DNA of 64,000 nt. Source: Catajapyx aquilonaris. Taxonomy: Eukaryota. Location: the NCBI GenBank assembly GCA_000934665.2, contig JYFJ02000699.1, forward strand, positions 1 to 64,000, in the 5' to 3' direction. How positions within the stretch are numbered: position 1 is the stretch's first letter; every line of letters starts with the position of its first letter. The notes beneath the pieces were generated by a model. That model made no database searches and was not told the DNA's origin. It worked only from the letters and a program-made list of their open reading frames with translations. This document shows positions 39,001 through 48,175 of the stretch, piece by piece. Position numbers and translations under genes: made by a program.

Positions 39001-42000
39001 GGCTTGGAACCAGCCTGGAAATGGGTGGAGCCGGCTTGGAACCAGCCGGAACCAGCCTGGAACCATCCTGAAACCATCTTGGAACTGGGAACCTACCAGT
39101 TCCAGGATCTGGTGTACACTTTTTTGGGGAGTTGCTAACCCCTTGGGTGTGGCATTTCATTGGCCACTTGCTCAGTCACATGTCCAAGAATTTTGACCCC
39201 AACAATATTAGTGATGTATTAGAATAACAGCAGTCATATTTGGTGACAAGGGTTGCGACCCATGCAAGGTTTAATATGTTCAGTTTGAAGCCTGGTTCAT
39301 GCATGGCTCGTGAGAAAATATTAGAGATGTTTCGTATTAATCGTAGATATACCATTAATTTTCAAGGACCCAAATTCTTGGACATGTGGCATATGGAATG
39401 CCACACATATTATTCTGGTCATACCTTAGAGCAAAACGAATTCCATAGGCGCATCCTGCTCGTCTTCCTCTTTCTTTTGATGATGTTTATTGGAGTTTGA
39501 CCACTTCCACTAACCGAAAATAAATATGCAAAGAAGCCCTTTCCAAATTTTGTCGTTTTTTTTCCCCCTCCCCACTTAATTGTGCAATATGGATGAAACT
39601 GGATATGCAGGGTTATGGTATTATTAGATGTGTACAGCAGTGACTTTCATCACCAAATTCAGAGATGGTATAGGAACATTTCAGTCCACTTGATCGAGGA
39701 ATTTGGATTTTTGACTGCCCTGAATCAAAAACAAATTTCAGGCAAAATGAATGGTCATTATGAGTTACACGTGACCTACGGAACAGAAAAAATATAGAAA
39801 TAGCCATGAATTCCCCTGGACAAATGTCGTGCTATTTAGTTTCAAAAAAATAGACAGGATAGAGGTTATCATTCTTTGCTGTACAACAGAAGTTCACTTC
39901 TCAGAATCTTTAAATTTAATGACTTTAATGACCTCTTCTCAATATTAATGACTTTTAATGACTTGGCAAATAAATAATGACTTTTACGGAAAATAATGAC
40001 CCACTTCCAGCCCTAAGGTAATCAGAATGAGAGATTTGTGTAGTTAGTTATGGGACGTAGATCTTCACTTCAACTTTGGGCCGACAAAATACATCACTGT
40101 ATAGGATAACTATACCTGATAGTGTATTTTGACTGGTTTGTAATATTAATGCCGGTGCTGATTCCCCCCAAAAGGGCCATGCCCTGTTACAGGGTATTTA
40201 ATTAATTAATCAATTAATTAAAAGTGTGCAGATTTCGCCACCTTGATTTTAACTGAATGAAGTGTCGGTACTATCCTTCAATGGGTGTATGTTCCTGGGC
40301 ATAACTCAATTTTGACATATTTGTGGGTTGACCCGTTATTGCATATCACTGTCCAATTATTATCCCCCCTCTTCTTTCGATCACTTCTGTGTGCATTGAC
40401 TGACACCAAGGTCAACATATGTACCAGACACTACACACGGCTTTGCTGCTATTAATTAATTAATAAATAACATATTTCGATAATCTACGTATGTAGGCAT
40501 GCCCATGGCAACAGAATTTTGTTGGTGAAGACCATAGAAATAGGCAGTGCGAAGAACGGGTTCCACTGTTAGTCAAGTATAATATAAAGCCCCTATCCGA
40601 GGAGGAGGAGGAGGAGGAGGAGGAGGAGGAGGAGGATGGAAAAGATTTCACACTTCCCGAGGTTTGTAGAGCACTGGTTGAAGTTCCGTTGGATTCTTTG
40701 CCCCGTAATTAGCAATGCCAAAAATCTTCATAATCGCCAATTTCCCAGCCATTTTGGAGATAGCCAAAAGTCGACTTTTGTAAGTGAGGCCTTGCCCATC
40801 TGCTTGTCATTAAGCTGCCGGAGAACAATAGCACACCCTCTCAGGAGTCCCCTCCACCCACCGCTGACATCTGGATCCACTCTAATCCCACCTCAGTGCC
40901 TTTTTCACCATACTTCAGCAGCTAGGGCGCATTCTCATACTCCACACCTTTAGTGATGACGTCATGGGTTCTGTAAACGGATGCAACCCTGCTCCGACCA
41001 ATTTTTGTGTAAAAAGACTTGCTCTGTTCACATCGGAGAGTGGGGTAAGTGTGGGGTGGCTGGGTGCACCTCTACCGGGCCTGGGAGAGTTACGGAGACT
41101 GAGGAGGACCTGCGCGGGACCCGACCAATTTGCGCTGAAGGCACGTAAGTGGGGCGCAGCCTCGCAAAGCGATTCGATAAATATACAACCACAAGCACTT
41201 CAAAATTGCTTCCAAGATCTGGTTTGATAAGCATGGAATTGCCCACAAATGAAACAGAAAAAAAACTTCCTATTTCCATCTGACATTGTCAGGAACATTT
41301 CATTTAAAGTGGGAAATTCTCAATCATGTCATTAAGTTATTTCCGCCCCCTTAATTTCATCCAACCTTATCAAAATGGCAAAAGGCATCCTCCAAATGTG
41401 CGCCATGCAGGATGAGCTTGTATGCAAGGTCCCCAGGCTCTGTGTTGAGGTCTCCTCCCATGATGACTAGGTCCGCACCATGGGCCGTTAGTCGGACGAA
41501 CTGGCCTAGTTCAAACGCTTGAGTCATGCGATGTGCAAAGTACTCATCATTCTCACGGTCATACTCTGCATGCAACTGTAAACAGGGAAAAAATCAATAT
41601 CGAACCTTCAAACAATTTCTCATGCATATAGGTAACCATTGTAAACAGGTCAAAACCTCACATGTGTGGTGTAGAGGTTGATCCTGAGTCCTCTGTGTCG
41701 AACTCTGCAGAGACCGAACCCTTTCCCTCCGAACCAGTCTCCATGCTGTATCTTGTGGACGTAACCGTTCACAGCCCACTGATGGAAAAACACATCCTTT
41801 ATGGGTGCCTTTGACAGGATGCAGATTCCGGCGCCAAGTACTCCACTGAAACAACGACAATTCATGAGCACAACCCCTGGGTACCACACCGATCAAGTGG
41901 CATACCTGTGGAAGTAATGTGTGTACGGCAGCACCTCCTCCGTCCTCCTCTTGATCCGAATGTAGTCCTCCTGGGCCCAGACTTCCTGCAGGAACACGAA

Positions 42001-42785
42001 ATCGTACTTCCCACTTGACAGCTCATTCGCTATGGCTTCCATGCGGGGGACTCGGTCCTTTGAAAATCCGATTATTCCCCTGAGCAATAAAAATGGGAGG
42101 AATTCATCAATACCAGGAGACAGCATATAAGAGCAAGAAGCTCCACACTGTATGACTTATTCAGAGAAAAAAATAATTTAAAATTAAATTCCGATTTGCC
42201 TTGACAAAAGTACGGAGAGCATTTTTCCATATCAAATGGTACGGCAAATTACGTTTCCATATATAAAAGCAGGATCTGCATATGTGGGTGTTATACTGTA
42301 AGACCGTCCCTACCAAATGCGATTATCATACTAATGAGCTGTACGGCCGACAAGTGGATGCGTATTCAAACTGGAATGTTCAAGGTCGTACTTTGTCTGG
42401 TTTGCAAATTCTTTACATTCAGCACAGGTGGTTAAACCGGCCAAATGTCGAATCAACGAATTACGTCGGTATTAATACCGACGCTGAGGACTTTCCACAG
42501 CTGTATGTAGCTAAATATTAATGAAGGTGTCGTAAATAATTTTGTGCACCTGCTCCCGGATAATTTGTCTGGCCGAAGAAGAGTTTTGTTATTAATTTTT
42601 GGCTGCGTAATGCTCCACACATGTCGTGTAATGATAATAATTACCCCCCATCGCTTCGTACATCCCGGTGCACCAACCCTAGTCATACCTAAGTGTGTAC
42701 CCGACCAGGCCTTACCCCCCATTTGCAAATGACATACGTACCAACAGTTGAGGGTAAGCACTGAGATCTCAGTTTCCATTTTCAT
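29583..42785 (-). CDS. SMPD2: Neutral sphingomyelinase (SMPD2/nSMase1-like), 7 coding exons, 428 aa
   Basis: Exons 42785-42742, 42079-41906, 41845-41662, 41575-41366, 36271-36143, 35963-35849, 30013-29583; all GT-AG, phases consistent, 1287 nt. EEP/nSMase motifs VLTLNCWG, FLQEVW, HGDWFGGKG, TTHLHAEY, GGDLN, KRLDY, YSDHEAV, and two C-terminal hydrophobic helices. Confidence 0.95.
30726..30732 (+). promoter_or_regulatory. TATA box of the nested peptide gene
   Basis: TATAAAA 80 nt before the ATG; homologous position in the paralogue reads CATAAAA. Confidence 0.6.
30806..31055 (+). CDS. Small secreted Gly/Asp/Tyr-rich peptide (51 aa), 2 coding exons, nested antisense in nSMase intron 6
   Basis: Exon 30806-30869 (MKSFLMIFVVIVFLALAAADR, signal-peptide-like) with G|GTAAGT; 94-nt intron; ttacAG|exon 30964-31055 (GGDYRDPNGGYEDRNGQGDYGNGGDNGDRQ*). 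TATAAAA upstream, AATAAA at about 31399. Confidence 0.8.
32160..32392 (+). pseudogene. Probable pseudogene paralogue of the nested peptide gene (promoter plus exon 1)
   Basis: 32323-32386 reads (V)KFFLKIFVVVVFFAFAAAER with G|GTAAGT, same 64-nt length as exon 1 of the intact copy; ATG is GTG, TATA is CATA; upstream region alignable; no exon 2 seen before the LINE remnant. Confidence 0.7.
32500..35280 (+). mobile_element. Degenerate, internally deleted non-LTR retrotransposon (R1-like), split by a DNA element
   Basis: Frameshifted ORF1 knuckles RCFRCCAYGH and CGRC..GHEAQTC; APE endonuclease LVVGDFNGRSVCWS, SRIDLTW, RDHQRISF; linker ADWDNFRNAL and DPFSLPYRILRG; RNase H motif WVQAHVGTLGNE; no RT visible. 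Confidence 0.85.
33009..34467. mobile_element. Non-autonomous long-TIR DNA transposon, Ginger-like
   Basis: Near-identical inverted repeats 33009-33285 and 34171-34467; TGTAA...TTACA termini; 4-bp TSD ATGG at 33005-33008 and 34468-34471. Confidence 0.8.
35849..35963 (-). CDS. SMPD2: nSMase exon 6 (MDLLEYSMPLPDRV...YSDHEAV...)
   Basis: Acceptor taacAG, donor G|GTAAGT; catalytic SDH. Confidence 0.92.
36143..36271 (-). CDS. SMPD2: nSMase exon 5 (PTSEYGG...GKRLDYIMFR...VK)
   Basis: Acceptor cctatcAG, donor AAG|GTAC, 43 codons. Confidence 0.9.
36569..36990 (-). mobile_element. Helitron 3' remnant with RepHel (PIF1-like helicase) C-terminus
   Basis: PAYAMMINNSQGQ, HGQLHVALSR and frameshifted NVVYREVL*; hairpin GCCAAATTTTGGC followed by CTAG|T at 36569. 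Confidence 0.85.
37613..37974. mobile_element. About 360-bp hairpin MITE inserted in the foldback left arm
   Basis: Palindromic around about 37790 (CCCAACATGG...CCATGTTGGG); flanked by direct repeat TGATCAATACCATGG at 37598-37612 and 37975-37989. Confidence 0.75.
38237..39145. mobile_element. Non-autonomous hAT/P-like TIR element with internal satellite
   Basis: 18-bp TIR CAAGGGGTTAGCAACTCC; perfect 8-bp TSD GGTGTGGC at 38229-38236 and 39146-39153. Confidence 0.85.
38281..39090. repeat. Tandem array of 10-11-bp TGGAACCAG-type units with 32/33-bp and 65-bp higher-order periods
   Basis: Recurring GGAACCAGCCTGGAACCAGGTGGAGCTGGCTT and GGAACCAGCCCGGAACCAGGGTGGAACTGGCTT. Confidence 0.95.
40598..40636. 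repeat. (GAG)n microsatellite
   Basis: Direct reading. Confidence 0.95.
41366..41575 (-). CDS. SMPD2: nSMase exon 4 (LHAEYD...GGDLN...FDK)
   Basis: Acceptor tttacAG, donor AAG|GTTGG, 70 codons. Confidence 0.93.
41662..41845 (-). CDS. SMPD2: nSMase exon 3 (GVLGAGICILSK...HGDWFGGKG...LYTTH)
   Basis: Acceptor gtttcAG, donor |GTGAG. Confidence 0.93.
41906..42079 (-). CDS. SMPD2: nSMase exon 2 (GIIGFSKDR...FLQEVW...YTHYFHS)
   Basis: Acceptor ttgctcAG, donor AG|GTATG; metal-binding QE motif. Confidence 0.93.
42742..42785 (-). CDS. SMPD2: nSMase exon 1 (MKMETEISVLTLNCW)
   Basis: ATG at 42785, donor TG|GTACGT, phase 2. Confidence 0.85.
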
Positions 42786-43194
42786 GCTGCTTCTCCTCCT
42801 TTTTTTTCTCTCTCTATCTGCCAAACCCTTCTGCCTGCTCCTGCGTGCGTGTGTGGTCAGTTCAAGGGCGTTCAAGGCGGGCCCCCAAAGAAGACGATGC
42901 CACGAAAGTGCAAAGAGAAGTGAACTGGTGGCGTGTGTGGCCTCGAGGCCTTGTCCCCCCTCCTAATATAATACGCAACGCCTCTAGCAACCGACAGACA
43001 CTGACAGCAACCAAAAAAAAAATGACACACCGCAGGGGGCCAAGAGTCGCGTAGATGCTACTTTTAAGGGATAGCTGTTTTTTTTTCGATTTCGTTGAAA
43101 TGAATCTATGAAGTTCGGGTGTTCGCCGAGAGATGGAAGGAGTGTCTCTATTAGCTCTTTATACCGCAACCGACTACTGTATCTGCACTGTTAA

Positions 43195-43427
43195 CAGAGG
43201 TGGGCACAGCTAACTTTCGATAACAGCTAACTTGCTCAGAAAAACCATGAACATCACCAAATCGTTAATTCTTAACAGCTAGAAAGGTTAGTGGAAACCC
43301 CCCCCCCCCCCCTAATCATTCTAGCTGTTTATCAGTAGCAATTTAGCGCCGCACGTGGTTGACTAACCGAATTAGCTGTTAGCGGAAGTTAGCTGAGCTA
43401 AAAAATCGGTTAGCTTGGCCAGCTCTG
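43195..43427. mobile_element. hAT-like MITE upstream of nSMase
   Basis: CAGAGGTGGGCA...TGGCCAGCTCTG; flanks ACTGTTAA and ACTGTTTA (7/8 match); subterminal GCTAAC/GTTAGC repeats. Confidence 0.65.
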
Positions 43428-43430
43428 ACT

Positions 43431-43433
<3 letters not shown>

Positions 43434-43469
<36 letters not shown>
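43434..43469. repeat. (TA)n microsatellite
   Basis: Direct reading. Confidence 0.95.
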
Positions 43470-43471
<2 letters not shown>

Positions 43472-43670
43472 CCAGCCTGATAAATAACTACAGTTAAATG
43501 CTATTTATACTTGAGGAGTTAACTCCTGGTCACCCGATGCAAATACTCAAGACGCTCATCACTTGTGTGGAATTTTCGTCCCAAATCGCGCTACGGTCCA
43601 AATCGCGACGCGTGTCGCAGTAAGCGATACTGTCACTTTAACGATTGAGTACCCCCTCGTATTATACATA

Positions 43671-43798
43671 CATAGAGACATAGGGTGGAATTTTCGTCCC
43701 ACTGCTAGTTAGTGCTAACTTAGCAGTAACAGTGTTGAAAATGGTACTGCTAAGCAGTAACTAGAAGTGGGACGAAAATTCCACCCTATGTCTCTATG
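43671..43798. mobile_element. Short hairpin MITE
   Basis: Perfect IR CATAGAGACATAGGGTGGAATTTTCGTCCCACT at both ends; no TSD seen. Confidence 0.7.
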
Positions 43799-43825
43799 TG
43801 TATAGTACGGTACGGTACCAAATTC

Positions 43826-43980
43826 AAGGAGTACCAAGGAGTACCTGAGAGTACTACCAAGGAGTACCTTACCTGGGAGTACCAGGGAGTACCAAGGAGT
43901 ACCAAGGAGTACCTAAGAGTACCAAGGAGTACCTAAGAGTACCAAGGAGTACCTACCTAAGGAGTGCCAAAAAGTACCAC
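43826..43980. repeat. 10-bp minisatellite (GGAGTACCAA)n
   Basis: Direct reading. Confidence 0.85.
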
Positions 43981-44194
43981 CCAGGTGTATATACACCGGA
44001 GTACCGAAGTGAAGGCCTACCCATTTGGTATAATATGAAACAGCAACAGCAACAATACCGGCAAATAAATTAATAAATGTTATAGAGTATATACAGTAAG
44101 GCAAAGTTTGTCTGTTTGTTCCATTTCCCTCCCCTACTTCATCCTCCCCTCCTCCTATCTACATCATCCTACTCTACCATGGCAACGTGTCTCC

Positions 44195-44607
44195 CATGAC
44201 AATGATTGGCAGATGCTGATTCGTTGTTTCCATCTGTATATATACTAGGGACTAAGGGACATGATAACTCATTCGTTTTGGGAGGTGGCTTGTGACCTTA
44301 ATTGGCGACCATAATTAATCCCCGCCCACTACCAGTCGACCAATCAGGATTCAATTTCAAAGTAGATGGGCGAGTTTCTAAGAGTTTGTTTACACTAACA
44401 CAATTGGTTACCAAGCCGGGGGGGGGGGGGGGGCNGGCGATATTTCCCCGCCAATCGCTTTAAATTCCATGCAAAAAAACTCAGCAGGGGGCGGGACTAA
44501 TTATGGTTGCCAAGGTCTCAAGACGCCTCCCAAAACGAATGAGTTATCTTGTCCCTATAGTATAGATGGAAACAACTAATCAGCATCTGCCAATAATCAT
44601 TGTCATG
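44195..44607. mobile_element. Foldback MITE
   Basis: About 130-bp inverted arms CATGACAATGATTGGCAGATGCTGATT... and ...AATCAGCATCTGCCAATAATCATTGTCATG. Confidence 0.7.
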
Positions 44608-46191
44608 ATTGCATGCATCATGAACTTGTTATCTTAGCGATTTCCTTATTCATTCGGTGGGGGTATTACAGCTTTCACAACATGCATATAACGACGTGTT
44701 GTTATTGCAGGCGATAAACAAACCCCGCGCGGGCCTATTCGAGAGTTTCATTGCCGTTTATAATAGCTTGAATTCAAATCACCCTCGACAGTTGTTCACT
44801 TAATCCACTAAACCCGTGATAGTGCCACACTAACCTGCTTTAAATATCATGTGACAACTTGTAAACAGCAAAAATACACAAGGTTTCATTCCTGTCTCTA
44901 TATATCTTGGCTCTTTTTCTTCTGATATAGGCTACGTGTATTTTGCAACATATGCAAATATTTCAATTAGCGCAATAAATCCTGCTTCTTGTTTTTAATT
45001 AAGTTAAGTAAGATTAAATGGAGAGGGAGTCGCTCCAATTTTTTTTCTAAATTATAACGGGCTTATCTCCAGATCCGAAATGAGCTTTTATGCTTCATCC
45101 CATTAGCCCAACAATAATTATGAAGGGACGATTCATTTTGCCACCGTCCCCGTTTATCAGCCGCAGAACTTTGCATTTGTCATGCTATGGTTTGGAAGGC
45201 CAACATAAAATACCTTGGCTCATACATATTTTCATTGTAAAAAAAACACTAATCATCAGGTTAAAATTAGGAAGTTATACACCAGTGGTGACTTCACGAA
45301 GGAAATTCACAGGAGTTTACGCAATGCAGACAATTATTTCATTGAAATATACTCATTATTTTATGAACAGCTTGATTGTAAAGCTTCCAGTGTAAAAGAG
45401 CAATCTGGACCGAATCCGTTTTCCCCTTGAATCCCCACTTCCAGTTGAACAGAAGAGCCTCATGTGTCATCGCCACGTCAGGATAAACACTCCAGACCTC
45501 TCTCATAAGCAGCGCATGATCCTCTCTTCTTTTTTCTTCTCTTGTTATCCTTCTCTTCTCCGGCTGATCCCGTGGAATAGCCCCCCCGAACACCGTTGTG
45601 TGTGTATAGTCTAGCGAGTGTGTCGTATCTGCGCCGAAGCACAGCCGCCTATCGATTGGGTAGCGCAAACCCCAGGCTGCAAAAGGGCCTCTATACTAAC
45701 TCCTACATCATAGATCTCTAGGGAACCTTCCCTTACAACATACCCACGACTGCTCTTCCTCCACCTAAAAAAAAAAAAAATTCACATATTTTTTGGAGGG
45801 AAAGCACCTTAAGCACCCAGGCCATCAAAACTTGGGGCGCAAAACTTTCATCCCAGCCTGATAAAGCCGTACTTTCACGCCTTTCTAGCCCAGAAAAAGA
45901 AAGATGGTTTAATTGCTGGGGCTAATGAATCGGAAGAGTGGATTTTTTTTTTTTTTCAGCTGGTGGAATTTTAATGGATGAAATTGCAATCTGAAGTTGC
46001 GCATACGGGGCAATTATGCGGCATGCATATTGTGTATCGTGTGTTTTTGTGACTGACAGCATGCGTGCTAATTGCATTTTCATGCCTCCTGCACTTTTGG
46101 TCATCTGTCCTTTTTTTTGGGTCACAGATTGTACGAACCAAAACATTCCGGACCGATCGGGACACAAATAACGCAAAATTGGCATAGTTTT

Positions 46192-46635
46192 AATTGTATT
46201 TTCAATATTTTAACAGTGTGTTTTTATCGCCTGTAAATGTAACTTGCTTATTTAAAAAAAATCACAAATAGAATCATTTCCTCAGTTCGATATCATGCCG
46301 ATAAAAATGTTGCAGGCAACCTTTAAAAAAAACAAAATTGTTAGAACTTGTTCCGTGCCGTGACCAAATTCGCTTGCGAACCTGACCTTGATCCCAAATT
46401 AATTTTTTTATAACATTAGCAACATTTTATAACTAGTTTCAATTGGTATTTTCAGTATTTTTAATGTGTCGTCTGCACTTATATGAAAAATCACAAATAG
46501 AATAATTTCCTCTGGTTTGATATCATGCCAATAAAAAAAAATGTTGCAGGCAATCTTTTTTAAAAAAATGTTACAACTTGTTCCGTTCCGTGACCAAATC
46601 GCTTGCGAACCTGACCCTGATCCCAAATTAATTTT
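46192..46635. repeat. Diverged tandem duplication, about 245-bp period
   Basis: AAATCACAAATAGAAT...GATATCATGCC...CGCTTGCGAACCTGACC..GATCCCAAATT occurs twice. Confidence 0.8.
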
Positions 46636-48084
46636 ATTTCTGCAAATCTTGCCAAAAATGTTGCAACCCACATTACGTCACATGTTTGCTTCTAGTTAAG
46701 CTACGATTAGGCTAAAATCGGTCGGTTTCTGATGCTGGCTAGACCCAATAAACGGTTCGTTACACCTGGATTAATTAGTCCTGACAGAGGACTAGCAACA
46801 TCTTCCGCACTGCAGGTAACGTGCTGCGGTGAGGTGTAATCTATTAGAGGAGACTGTCCCGATCTCCTCTTTTTTTTTTTAACCTTTCCCCGCAGGCATC
46901 TGTATTCGGCTGGCGCGCTTCTTTGACGTGACCGAATCTACCAAGTTCGTGACTATGAAAAGGAACACTAAAAAAAAAAGGTGGTCGTGTGAGTTAGAAC
47001 ACGAGGGAGTTTCGTTTCCTGGGATTAAGACACTNGGGGGGGAAATCTTGAAGTTTTGCAACGTTTTGCAATGCACCCCCTCAACGACCGGTGAATCTGA
47101 GGCAGTTTATAGGGAGAAGTAGCAATGCGGCACCGTTTTATCTGCAGGCACACGGCAGCCTAGGTTATGTAACAACTGCAATTATCTGCAAAGGTTTGGC
47201 CTCAGGGCTCGAGGGGGATGGTGCAGGCTGGTATTTCACAGCGTCGTTACTATACCCCAGTACTGGTACGTTCAATTGACACCTGACAACTTCAATTACT
47301 AGCCCTGCACGATATTATGATAATGATGAAATACGATCAGACATACCGACCGGTCAATATGACATGTACTGCGCAATGCAAAATTTTAAGCATTTAAAAT
47401 CTGGGTCCCGTGCAGTGTGGATCTTTACAGTGTTACAATGTCAACAGTGTCTGTGGAGTGGAGTTTGTATCGACCTTTTTTTTTTAGCAAGGGAAAAATC
47501 TAGGTTGCACCGAGCTTCCAGTATACTTTTGATTCCCATTCATATTAAAATGAGCTGCGAAGATTACATCAATAATGTGGCGGATCACATATGCCGGGCA
47601 TTGTCGATGAATAAATGGCGTACTTTTAATGCAGTATTGATGCTGTAGAGCCAAGTTTTTGTTTTACCCAGCAACCGGTTTAAGATGGGTTTTATAGGGG
47701 TTTGAACACTAATTAAACTGGCCTTGAAAGTGACAGACAATATTATTACTTCCAACCTCCAGTTCTATACGGTATATCACACGACGTTAAAGTCGGTGCT
47801 ATAAATTTCATACCCACCAATCGGAAGCCCACACTAGCAATTTATAGCTTCCGAGAGAAAGCAACTGCGAAATGACTAACCTGTACCAACATTATGAACC
47901 CTCCTACATTTAGAGGAATTAATACCGAGAATCTATTATCGCAGCCGCAATAATTCACATATCTTGAAGCACGCAGCGAACAAGCTGACAATAGATCCAA
48001 TAAGTCGGTCATTATCAAAACCAGGCTATCTGTTAATTTCTGATGGTTACAGTCATCAATTCGAAGCTAAATTTATGTCACTAA

Positions 48085-48175
48085 TTATATAAAACAAAGT
48101 TTGTCTGTATATGTCCGAGCTACCTAACCCACTTCCTGGATATTGAGAGTGCTGAAACTTGTCACACGGATGCTT
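48085..48175 (+). mobile_element. Helitron-family fragment
   Basis: AAAGTTTGTCTGTATATGTCCGAGCTACCTAACCCACTTC...TGAAACTTG. Confidence 0.5.

Larger units (their letters stand above)
37290..39865. mobile_element. Old foldback (long inverted repeat) element carrying two nested insertions
   Basis: 37360-37605, 37988-38090 and 38165-38236 align as reverse complements to 39580-39820, 39483-39573 and 39400-39472; possible TTAA|CCTCT...AGAGG|TTAT ends. Confidence 0.7.

Noticed and set aside
38281..39090. CRISPR-like appearance of regular repeats (also 7865-9017 and 51108-51443)
   Set aside because: No unique spacers, no cas genes, eukaryotic context
38197..39196. 289-313 aa repetitive ORFs on both strands (WNQPGT.., PGWFQAS..)
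   Set aside because: By-products of a stop-poor satellite with non-triplet periods inside a TSD-flanked element
42786..42875. In-frame N-terminal extension of nSMase (RRSRQKGLADRERKKRRRSS)
   Set aside because: Opens at TTG, not ATG; purine-rich 5' UTR; homologous domain begins right after the ATG at 42785
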